From Macrostomum lignano (Eukaryota), in contig NIVC01001325.1 in NCBI GenBank assembly GCA_002269645.1, positions 1 to 64,000 on the forward strand: 64,000 nucleotides of DNA, given 5' to 3'. The position numbers were made by a program, and so were the translations under genes. Shown here one piece after another: positions 1 through 11,404 of this stretch. The number at the start of each line of letters is the position of its first letter. The first letter of the stretch is position 1. The notes beneath the pieces were generated by a model. That model was not told the DNA's origin, made no database searches, and saw only the letters and a list, made by a program, of their open reading frames with translations.

Positions 1-175
1 TGTCGGGGGTTGTGGCAGAAGCCGCTTTTCAAAAGATAAGAACCCTCCTGATTAGGGCTCAATGATTCATCCCGGCATTCTGGATATCATTTCTCACACG
101 TTAAATATAGACGAGTTGATGACGCCAGAAAAAATGCAAAGCAAATCTTGAACTAATCGGACTCCAGTTAACCTG

Positions 176-3100
176 TTAACTTAAGAGACACTGCGAGAGC
201 AGTGAGCCCCGGTCCCAATAATTAAAAGTCGGTTCATTCCGTAGGCGGTACAGCGCCAGCAGCTTGGCGTAGACGCCGGGATCCAAATCCGTGTAGGTGG
301 ACAATCGAATCTTGTCCTCAACGGGAACCCGCTTGTCCACCAGACGTTGCCGGCGTCAACCCAGGCAAGATTTTTTATCCCATCGTCGTTGTCAAGATCC
401 AGCGTGTTCAACTGGTAGCAGACGAAGTCAAAATAGACACCGTCGGTGCACACCGCCGCAGTGACCACCGGCCGGGGCAGTTGGCGACCGTCGACATTGT
501 CGGCGCCCGAACTCCAGCGAGCCTGCGAAAGAAAATTTTTTCTTTTACTTTTTTCTTTCTGGCACTATAACCCATATCTTAACCGAAAATTTACAAAGCA
601 AACAATATAGCTTGAGCTTAGGAGCAGTTGACTTAATCCAGAGTGGCAGAGCGCTACACTCAAGACAACTAGACTTAATCTTTGGAGCATTAACTTAGTC
701 CTCTCATGTCTGCTAAACCCGATGAAAACGGTACTTAGACCAAGAAGCGCCCCAGAGTCGTTGCAGAGGTGACACGGGTAAAATAGAAGTGACTCTAAAC
801 GACTCTCAAATGGGATGTCACGGTAAAAGTCGCTCTCTAAAAAGTGGTCCAAGACTCGCCCAAGAATCACTATGAAGTGTTTTATTTTCTGCAACTCTAG
901 TGACTCTGGGGCCGTAGAGTCGTAAGGGGTGCCAGAGTCGCTGTAGAGTCCCTGAGTTGTGTTTGAAGTACAGCCTACTGAGTTAGTAGAAACCTAAGCG
1001 CCAACGCAACGATTCTTGGACGACTCTTCTGCGACTCTTTTACGATTTTCTACAACTGACGTGACGCGCGCTTGTGTCGCAAAAGTCGCCTCTTTGTCGT
1101 ATTAAACGCGATTGAGTCATTAAAAGGTCGCTAGAGTCGCTGAGTCACTAGTGAGTTGCTTACGACGACTTTTTAGCGATTCTTGTCACGGTATCTTTTT
1201 CAACGGGTGAGCGACCGGTCGATATCGCAAAATGAACGAAGACCAAGGTCAAGACAGCCCTGTCAATTAAACGTCGGTAAGAAGACACTGGATGCCGCAA
1301 TCGTCAGTTCCCTTGTGGTGGTGACAGAGGACCAAAACTTGCACCTGCCTGTGTTCCTGGTGGACAAGATTGATGAAGATCCACTACTGACACTCGCACA
1401 GATACAGAACCTGTTGCAGGATCAGTTCAACATGCAAGCAAGAGTTCTGCACTCTGGATTAACTGAACTGCTCTTAAGCTCAAACTGACTGCAAAAAGCT
1501 ATATTTTCATTGCGTAACTCATGAAAATAGTTTACGCATTTCTTCCTTACTACTGAACTGATAGTAGAGAAAGTCTTAGGCCAAGCCAACATTTCAAATT
1601 TGCCTGTCTAACTACTGTAAGTATCTGTTTACCTGGGCCACGGCCTGGCCGAAACAATTCACAACCCCAGCGGCTGCCCGATGATCTACGCCGATAGGTC
1701 GGGACTCGGGCGCGTCAAAGTTGCACCAGAGGTTGGGCAGCTCGAACGGCACCACAGCCAGGTGACAATGGCCACCTAGTCTGGTCGAAGAGTCCGAATC
1801 GCCGAGTCCCGTGTTGGAGACGCTGGTATCATAGTGCATCGTGTCCTCCAAATCAATCAGCGGACTCAGCGGGTACAGGCTGGGCAGAGGGCTGGCCGCG
1901 GTGGCCTCCACTGATTGGCTGTCGGCAAACGGAGCTAGAGGCCGCTGACCAATCAGGTGAAAGGGGCGACGCTCCTGTGGGGGATCCAGGGCTCTTATAT
2001 GAGAATCTATTTAGGATAGTCATGTTAGAATCTATCCAGGCCTCTCATATTAGAATCTATCCAGGGGTCTCATATTAGAATCTATCCAGGGATTTCATAT
2101 TAGAACCTATCCAGGGGTCTCATATTAGAATCTATCCAGGGATTTCATATTAGAACCTATCCAGGAATCTCATATTAGAATCTATCCAGGGCTCTCATAT
2201 GAGAATCTATCCAGGGATCTCATATTAGAATCTATCCAGGCCTCTCATATTAGAACCTATCCAGGCCTCTCATATTAGAATCTATCCAGGGATCTCATAT
2301 TAGAACCTATCCAGGCCTCTCATATTAGAACCTATCCAGGCCTCTCATATTAGAATCTATTCAGGGGTCTCATATTAGAACCTATCCAGGGCTCTCATAT
2401 GAGAATCTATCCAGGGCTCTCATAATGAGAATCTATCCAGGGCTCTCATATGAGAATCTATCCAGGGCTCTCATAATGAGAACCTATCCAGGGCTCTCAT
2501 ATGAGAATCTATCCAGGGCTCTCATAATGAGAATCTATCCAGGGCTCTCATATGAGAATCTATCCAGGGCTCTCATAATGAGAATCTATCCAGGGCTCTC
2601 ATATGAGAATCTATCCAGCGCCAACCTGAAAGTGCACGGTAACTCCTCGCCAATGAAACGCCGTCTCCAGCAGGCAGTCGCGCAGCAGATGCCGATCGCA
2701 GCTGGGATGCCGAATTGCCGTCCAGCGCAACAAATTGGACATGAGGTGGCGCACAATGCGATCCGGCGGTATGCCAAACTCCGTTCGGAATTTGTACACA
2801 CTGTTCTGCATGGGCGGCGGGTCGGTGTAATATAGTTAGTAATATGTTGTGACATGAAGTGGCGAATGACGATACATGCAGTTGGGTGCAGCGCGGAAGT
2901 GGTGCCATCAGATAGCTGGGTAGAGGGCGCAAGTGGTGCCATCAGATAGCTGGGTTGAGGGCGCAAGTGGTGCCATCAGATAGCTGGGTAGAGGGCGCAA
3001 GTGGTGCCATCAGATAGCTGGGTTAAGGGCGCAAGTGGTGCCATCAGATAGCTGGGTTGAGGGCGCAAGTGGTCCCATCAGATAGCTGGGTTAAGGGCGC

Positions 3101-5172
3101 AAGTGGTGCCATCAGATAGCTGGGTTGAGGGCGCAAGTGGTGCCATCAGATAGCTGGGTTAAGGGCGCAAGTGGTGCCATCAGATAGCTGGGTTGAGGGC
3201 GCAAGTGGTGCCATCAGATAGCTGGGTTAAGGGCGCAAGTGGTGCCATCAGATAGCTGGGTTAAGGGCGCAAGTGGTGCCATCAGATAGCTGGGTTGAGG
3301 GCGCAAGTGGTGCCATCAGATAGCTGGGTTAAGGGCGCAAGTGGTGCCATCAGATAGCTGGGTTGAGGGCGCAAGTGGTGCCATCAGATAGCTGGGTTGA
3401 GGGCGCAAGTGGTGCCATCAGATAGCTGGGTTAAGGGCGCAAGTGGTGCCATCAGATAGCTGGGTTAAGGGCGCAAGTGGTGCCATCAGATAGCTGGGTT
3501 GAGGGCGCAAGTGGTGCCATCAGATAGCTGGGTTGAGGGCGCAAGTGGTGCCATCAGATAGCTGGGTTAAGGGCGCAAGTGGTGCCATCAGATAGCTGGG
3601 TTGAGGGTGGAAGTAGTTCCATCAGATAGCTGGGTTAGAGGGTGGAATTAGTGCCATCAGATAGCTGGGTAGAGGGCGGAGAGGATGGCAGGGGGGGGGG
3701 CGGTCAAGTAGTTCAGCCTGATGCCCCAGTTCGAGGGAATGCCTCGATCCCCATGAAATTCGCTGATCCGAACCTCAGGATTGTGCCGAAGCGGCAGTCG
3801 GATGTCATCCGAGTGCCAATGGTGCGCGTGCATGAAAGCCCGCTGCAGAGCCTCGGTGTCGGCTTCGGTTAGGGATTCCGTCAGCTTGGCTAGGCTCGCC
3901 GATAAGTTCTCTGGAAGTCGCCTACTAATTAAAGTTTTAGTAAGGGCTGAGGCCTGGGCTTCCGGATGCTCCCAGCGCTGGCGCCAATTAAAGAGTCTGG
4001 CAGGCTGGCTTTGCTTGCTGAAAGTCCAAAGAATCGGGTGCCGACGTGTCTTAGAATTCGGGCTTTAGACTACGAGAGAGTATAGGGGGTGAAGGCTATG
4101 AGTATGTAGCTCTGAGATGAGGATATCATATCCGATTATCTATCATGTGAGGAGGGTTGATGGATCATTCCCGATTAGCTAATAAGTAATCAGAGTATCA
4201 GTCCCATGTCCCAACTAGCTACCAGACGGGGAGGGTATGATCTCTGATTAGCTACCAGACAGGGAGGGTATCATCTCTGATTAGCTACCAGACAGGGAGG
4301 TTATCATCTCTGATTAGCTATCAGACAGGGAGGGTATCATCTCTGATTAGCTACCAGACAGGGAGGGTATCATCTCTGATTAGCTACCAGACAGGGAGAG
4401 TATCATATCTGATTAGCTACCAGACAGGGAGGTTATCATCTCTGATTAGCTATCAGACAGGGAGGGTATCATCTCTGATTAGCTACCAGACAGGGAGGGA
4501 ATCATCTCTGATTAGCTACCAGACAGGGAGGGTATCATCTCTGATTAGCTACCAGACAGGGAGGTTATCATCTCTGATTAGCTATCAGACAGGGAGGGTA
4601 TCATCTCTGATTAGCTACCAGACAGGGAGGGTATCATCTCTGATTAGCTACCAGACAGGGAGGGTATCATCTCTGATTAGCTACCAGACAGGGAGGGTAT
4701 CATCTCTGATTAGCTACCAGACAGGGAGGGTATCATCTCTGATTAGCTACCAGGGGTATCATCTCTGATTAGCTACCAGACAGGGAGGGTATCATCTCTG
4801 ATTAGCTACCAGACAGGGAGGGTATCATCTCTGATTAGCTACCAGGGGTATCATCTCTGATTAGCTACTACGAGTAGATCCAAGTGAAACTCACCGAGGA
4901 TTTTTCCATAGCCAGCCAGAAAAGTCGGGAGCCTGCCAAGCCAAATCGGCAGTAGTGGCGGCAAGGACCTCTTTTTCGTAGCGATCCGACTCAAACATAT
5001 CCTCAGGCTGGTGCTTGTCTAGCTCGGCAGCCACCTCTGGCCTTGGCCGGGGCACAGTCACATTCATAAATCTGTCCTTCTCCTTCCACATAATTCTAGA
5101 CAGTTTTTCATAATGCTCAATTCTGCCTGGACGCACGCCTTGAGCATAGCATAGAATTTGAGTTAGCCGCAT
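176..5172 (-). CDS. MRPL37: Mitochondrial large-subunit ribosomal protein mL37; exons 4895-5172, 3774-4017, 2626-2805, 1633-1974, 176-522
   Basis: GT-AG introns with consistent phases join MRLTQILC..., KQSQPARLFNWRQR..QASALTKTLISRRLPENL, FMHAHHW, VEATAASPLPSLYPLSPLIDL, CFGQAVAQ|AR and VCTDGVYFDFVCYQLNTLDLDNDDGIKNLAWVD. These match recalled human MRPL37 blocks ([71 protein letters not shown]). The C-terminal KLLALY block needs a 1-nt frameshift near 345. Confidence 0.9.
740..1165. repeat. Imperfect inverted-repeat (foldback/MITE-like) segment rich in GAGTCG/CGACTC motifs, in the last MRPL37 intron
   Basis: gcaactctagtgactc at ~891 is mirrored by gagtcactagtgagttgc at ~1142-1159; many GAGTCG and CGACTC motifs on both strands. 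No clear TSD found. Confidence 0.4.
1222..1440 (+). pseudogene. Decayed Tc1/IS630-like transposase N-terminal (HTH) fragment
   Basis: Two frames give DIAK*TKTKVKTALSIKRR*EDTG..PCGGDRGPKL and then FLVDKIDEDPLLTLAQIQNLLQDQF, the pattern of IS630-Tc1 N-terminal HTH regions; stops and a frameshift are present. Confidence 0.45.
1983..2617. repeat. 25-bp minisatellite (ctcatattagaatctatccagggct), about 25 copies, filling MRPL37 intron 3
   Basis: Period read directly (ctcat at 2044 and 2069). Confidence 0.95.
2897..3677. repeat. 34-bp minisatellite (gggcgcaagtggtgccatcagatagctgggttga), about 23 copies, MRPL37 intron 2
   Basis: Period read directly (aagtgg at 2931 and 2965). Confidence 0.95.
4236..4868. 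repeat. 33-bp minisatellite (ctgattagctaccagacagggagggtatcatct), about 19 copies, MRPL37 intron 1
   Basis: Period read directly (agggagg at 4261 and 4294). Confidence 0.95.
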
Positions 5173-5324
5173 TGATCTGGCATGCAAAAATGTGCATATT
5201 TATGTAATACATGAGCATAAAATTTGGGAGAGCGCAACACTTGGTGACATTGTCCTGCAACAAGCTCGTAAGTGCATACAGGTGAAACAATACAGTTCAG
5301 TACAGAGATTTGCAAACTTGCCAC

Positions 5325-5405
5325 AGGGTGCACAGTAGCCCTTTGACTATTTAATTGTCAGGCATTTACACCATTTGCTTCTGGGGTTGGCCCTCATAGG
5401 TATGA
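5325..5405 (-). mobile_element. Internal fragment of the tRNA-derived SINE family also at 40365 and 62131
   Basis: Reverse complement reads gtgtaaatgcctgacaattaaatagtcaaagggctactgtgcaccctgtg, matching the SINE body gtgcacatgcctgacaattagaaagtcgggggctgctgtgcaccctgtg at ~40508. Confidence 0.7.
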
Positions 5406-8400
5406 ATTTCACAATAATCCCCAGGCTAAATTTTTGTGAAAAAGCTAAAAAATTAATGTGGCTGTAAAAAGAATCAAACCAGACATCATAATGCAAGAGT
5501 CGGGCATATTTACTGTTACCATTGAGTCATTAATCTATCTATAAACTAGGTTTTTTGCAATATATGCAATAGTAGCTTGGGAGTTCCTTCTATCTTCACA
5601 TATCTCTTCATAATAACTTAGTAACAAAATCTCTCCTTTTTATTGAGATCTTCTGTGAGAACAATGGCCTACTTACTAGTTGGTTTCCAAGAAGCCTTTG
5701 CAATCTTGCCTTCTTTGATAGTGACATGCTAGATGGCTTCATTTATTATCTTAACCTAAGCCTCCACTATTGCAACTGCAATGTGCATACAATATCAAAA
5801 ATTTGTCTTTGTTGCTTGAGTCTTTAATTATAGAGACTTAAGAGCTCTTAATCATATTGAAAATGAAAATATTTATCTTAAATTTAACTCTCACCATTGT
5901 AACCCTAATCTTAATCCCTAACCCTAAGGACTTAAGAGCTCCCCTTGGAAAGTGAAAACATCATCTTGACTTTTAGCCTTTATTACCCAACTGCAACATA
6001 GATATGCTATTAAAAATCTTTATTGCTTAAAGTCCTAAATTCCAAGGATTTTAAAAGTTCCCCTTACTTTGAAATAGCCAACATTCATTTTTACTACCCT
6101 ATCCCCTATAAAATCAATAGCTCCAACTATCTTCTAAGTCCTAATTGAGTTGAGTGATATTATTAGATATAAGTTGGGAACTAGATATAGGCCTTAGAAA
6201 ATACAGGCCTTGTCCTAACTATGATAAAAAATTTTACTATTATTTAGTAGGGTCTAGGCTTATTATCTACTTTACTACGTAAGTAGCATAAACCTAGCCC
6301 TAGGCCTAAAAAAGCAAAACTCAATTTAAAAATTTAAAAGCAAAAATTAATCCTAATTTATTGTTTTTGTAAAAATAACTTTGTTTTAAACATGCAATTT
6401 TTATATTTTTTGTTTTGACTTTGCTATAAACTTAATTTTCTATAAAACTAGGCCTATTTAACATAAAATGGCTAAAATTATATCAAAAGGTATTGACAGA
6501 TTGCAAATAAATAGGAAGAAAGCTAGTTTATTTTTGATTAAAGGCATTGCACTCTAATCCAAGCCTATCTTAGAGTCCAACTAAGATCAGATTTTTGTTT
6601 AAGTGAGATTAAGCAAGAATTCTATAAAAAATACAAGATTAAGAATAAATTGATTGAGAATTAGAAATCCAGCTGCAATTGTGAATTTGTATAGGAAGAA
6701 TAGTTCTAATGAAAAGATATATATAAGATTTAGCCTATTTTATAAGTAAATAGATAATAATAGGCCTACAAAAGAAATAGCTCAAATGTACTATTACAAT
6801 AATATATATTATATATATGCGGTAATATAAAAATATATGCCATTACCATTAACTCTAGGTCTCTAGCTATGTCACTATATGCCACTGTAAAATATATAAA
6901 TAGGCCTAGGTTGAAGGTGGCAATGGCCTACCAGGATGCCAAGTGAACCATAGTCAAGAATCAAGATCATAGCATACCTGTGTTAGAACAAATCCTATCA
7001 AAATAGTTTGATTGCACAATGTGCTGGAACTTTTTTTGCAAAAAACACAAACACAAAAATCTATATTTTTGTAATTTTCCCTTTGAGAATAACTTGTATT
7101 TGAATCTGTTTTGTATAAATACAATGTCAATGTATTTTAATTGAAAAAGCCATTAATATACTGCAAACAAAAAGTGCTAAGCCCTAATTATGCATTTAGG
7201 CAATGAATTGTTTTTTATTTGGAACTTTACAATATTTTTATACTTTTTGTATTGAATTCAATCTTACTTGACTGCTCTCAAATTCCAAGCCAAGACTCAA
7301 AATTTTGAGATTGAGATTGAGATCTTAGTTGGACTCTAGGCCCTATCTACAGCCTAATAAAATGTTTATAAACTTGAAAAATGTATAATAGTATAGAAGC
7401 CATGCTTATAAGTTATGGTTTATTTATTAGAGGGCAGATTTAATTTCTGTTTTACCTTTATAAATTAATAAATAGTCAAAGTCCAGGTCCAACTCCAAGA
7501 CCTAATTCTTGGCTTTTTCATATTAGTTTTATAGCCCTATGTTTTGACTAAACTAAATGGATCTACTCGGTTATGTAACCTATCTAGGCCTATTTATTCA
7601 TATTGACTGCTTTTTATAGCCCAAAAAAATAAAGTGAAAAAATAATTAAGAACTATTAGTATTCATTAGGCCTATGCAAAACTAGAATTTTGAGCTTATT
7701 GATGAATGATGGTATGGCAGCTCAATGGTTTAATCCATTAGATTTTTCTCATCCATAGGATGATAGGACAGTAGGGCTAAGACTACAGTTGTAGCCGCTA
7801 AAGGAAGACGATTTGGCTAGAGCAACGAGCCCACTGTTATATCGTCATTTGTACATAGGGATTTCCCGCAGCGATAATTCAAGATTGATATTCGGATATA
7901 ACAAAAATCTCTGCCTTAAAGCACAAAATTCATGTTTTTTACAGTAAAAAAATCACCCACGAGATAAACAGCCTAAAAAAGGGGGGCTTGCGATTGAAAG
8001 GATTTTTTTATAATTTGCAAAAAACTGATGTTTTCCTTTCTCCACACCACAGTGTAACATGACATGGAAGTGTCTATAAGATTTTACTACAACCGCATCT
8101 GGGGCATGAGTTAACAATTTTGACGCGGCTGAGACGCGGCTAGCGACATGGAAGTGTGTATTAGATTGATATTCGATTTCGAGTGCTCCGCGCTTGCTGT
8201 CTGTAGCTGAAAATTGACATGCAGGACTTCGATCACCCGGCCAGACATTAATCAATTAGCATAACTCAAACTATATGTGAATATATTGTAAGATAGATGC
8301 ATGCATGATTTTACATATTTTGGCTGATTCCACTATGAAGTTGTACATTTATTAAAGATTCTCTACGAACTATGCAGTAAAACACACTGACTCGTTGGGT

Positions 8401-9759
8401 TTAAAGTAAAATTGATTTCAATAAGCCGTGCGGTACTAAATTTTTTCGCCTCGAGTACACTGACCCGTCTACTTGGACTGGTCGTCTTGCGCAGTTTCAC
8501 GCCGACCAATCAAAAGTGGGTAACGCTTGTACTTTCGACACTGATACTTTTTGGCACTGATATTTGACTGATATATTTCTTTGGATAAGGCTGCTGGATA
8601 CAATTCCATAGATCTGTAATGCGACGCGAAAAATGTATTCATGTTGACTTCGAGTGACTGGTTACTAATAGCATATAACACTTGGTCTTCTCAGAAAATA
8701 ATGTGTCCGACTTTTGGAAAATCAAGGCTGCATGCAAGATAGAAGGATTGCGGACGAAGGTACGAATTTACCATAAAGAACCCGCCAACGAGCGCATGAC
8801 ACTGAATGGCAATTTTTAGTCCCAGTTTCACGAAATTTTTGCCACAAAATTTCACCTGCACAAAGCTGCTTTCGAAGTTACTACTGAAGAAGAGAAACAA
8901 GAGTTTAAGCTTAAGGAAGCCATTTCAATTATTGGCGCAAGGAACACCTATACCGAATGAATGTATGTACATTGCAATGGGAAACCGCGACAACACATAT
9001 TTTTAAGAAATTTCGACAAATTAAATCATTAAATGTAATAAAGAATATGAACGCACAAATTAACAGAGAATAAATTTACACAAAGAATTTATTATTGAGC
9101 TGGCAGTTCTGCAGAAAATATTCGTCAAAGAATACCTCCACACGCATTTTTACGTGGACGTGCAATAGAGAGCAGTGTCTGGATCCGATTCGAATCGTGT
9201 TGCTTTCTGCAATTAACAACTAACTTATAAGCGTTAGAAATCTGAAAGAAGGAGGTCATAGCGCCGGAGTAGTACAGCCAGGAAACATGATCGCAGACAC
9301 GAGTTATAAGGCTCGCTTGCTCGGGAATTCGACGGTTCGGCGAAACAATTAAGGCCAAAACCGCGAGGGCACTGGACTCAAAAGCAAGGTTAGCTAAAGA
9401 AAACCGCAGCAACCGCCAGACCATTTTAGAGCAAGTACAAAACTCGTAGCGAGATGAGCGCGACACGTGTCTGCAGGGCCAGAGATCGACGGCAGGGAGG
9501 GGCATTGGGCACGCTCAAATTGTCGACCAACCCTGCAGGACGTGGCGAGAGAGACATGTGAGACTTGACGAGTACAAGAATAGTAAAAAGACTCGAGTTC
9601 GACCCCTAAAATACAAGTACACGACGTAGATAAAAAACAAAAACGTTTGATCAGGTTGGTTGCCTGCTCAAACGGAGCCTCTCTTGTTTAATTCCTTCGT
9701 TTGTCGATTCTCAGAGTCGTTGCCAGCTAGAGGACTGCCAGCGATGAGCCCGTCGCATC

Positions 9760-10360
9760 AGCGGGTCTGCCAGTTCCACGGCGGATCGAACTGCAGCGCA
9801 CACGTTCGCGTACTCGGCACCTCCTCGGTTGCCGCCGAGCGCTGTGATAGCTCGTAAAGACGCTTGCAAACCTGCGATGCGTTCCCACGTCCCTGCGCGC
9901 GGTGCGAGCGTAGTAGCGCCGCAGGCCGCTTCGGCAAACGGTAGAGCAGATCGCGAAGACGAAGTTCGCAGATGAAAAGCCGATGATCGAACTGCAAAGC
10001 CAGCGGCATGGCATGATAGCGCGGCAGTTGAAGACGCGGTAGCGCTCACGAAATCACAGAAACTCATGATCCAGTTGTGCCTGCCTTCATATTACGTTCC
10101 GACACGTTCCGTTGCCCCCGCTTGCAGCCCACCTAGGTTGCGAGAGCCCTGCAGAAGCAGGTGTTAGCCCGGCCTCTCAAGTTGTTGCCGTTCTCTCGTG
10201 CCCTCACGAACAGCGACCGTTTAAACCTACGCAGAACCACGTTCAGGTCTCCAAGGACAACGCACTGTGTCACGTCGATCTGCAGTAGAAGTGGGGACAG
10301 GGAGACGCAGCGACAGCTCTGCTGCAGCTTCGGTCCGATCGATTCCTCTACGAACTCGTT
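9760..10360 (-). pseudogene. Decayed non-LTR retrotransposon (LINE, RTE-like) APE endonuclease fragment
   Basis: Across shifting frames: CVVLGDLNV, ENGNNL..ANTCF, AQLDHEFL*FRERYRVFNCRA, FDHRLFICELRLR. This follows the order of APE motifs (GDxN, N-x-NG, NT, QxDH, SDHRL); stops and frameshifts throughout. Confidence 0.55.
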
Positions 10361-11404
10361 GAAAGAACAAAGAAATATTATTTATGTAATTGAGACTTGC
10401 AGTGTGAGCAGTAACACTTCTAACTAAATGAAATTAATTTTCCATAGATTTTTGTCTGGTTAACTCAGTTCCCACGTTCATTTAATAAGTAGTTCGACCT
10501 AGCTGCGAGCCCGCATGAGCTTGTCCTGGCTCACAAATTCATAGTATAGCTGCAGAGAGCCAAAAAACGGCTGGCCAATCATTTTTTCTGAACGTGCGAC
10601 AAATCAGTATATATGCATGCAGGTGAATATAGAGATAAAAGCTCATATTTTCATATTTCAGTTTATTTTAATTCATTTCTGTTTCATATTTTTTGGAAAT
10701 GACAGCTACTGTTGTTTGCCATTTGTTGCGCTCCCGTATTGTAAACCAAATTGGCATAAAAAGTGTACTTGGATTTCTTTTGCCCGCTTTTCTGTTGTTC
10801 ATGGGTCTAAGGCTATAGTAGTAAGAATGCTGGCTGTACAGTGTTATATAATTCATGTAGAATTGCAGACTTAGGGGAAGAGCTTGCATTGGTGGGAGTG
10901 CACTGATAAAAATTGGAAACGAGGAAAAAGCATGCCGCATGGCAGTTGAGGAGAGAGGAAGACAGGGAAAGAGAAAGACAACAAACTGACCATTTCCATG
11001 GTTACTGAAAACATTTTGGAGCCTGACTAGGCATCAATAGCTCGCATTTCTGCCTCCACTGCTCCGTTCTTCTTTACTGTACTTGCGCGGTTCTCTCTCC
11101 CCCGAAGCTGTACGAGTATAACCTCTGCCTAGCTGCGCGCTGCTGCAGCACAGCACGCGGCTCTCTCCGCATCCCCCTCCGCGCTCCCCTGCCCTTGCAG
11201 AGGGGACGAAATTTGCTATCCAATTGTTCTCCCACTGGAGCAGCTTCTGACTTAGGCTTACCTGCGCTCCTAGAAAAGAGAGGATTAGAAAAGACAAAGG
11301 TATTGAACTGTCGGAGTGGCAATTTAATTTATAATCTTGCAGCGCTGTCTGTGCTACGCATTTTCATTAGTTAATTGTATCAAGCCAACATCGCCAGAGT
11401 GAGA

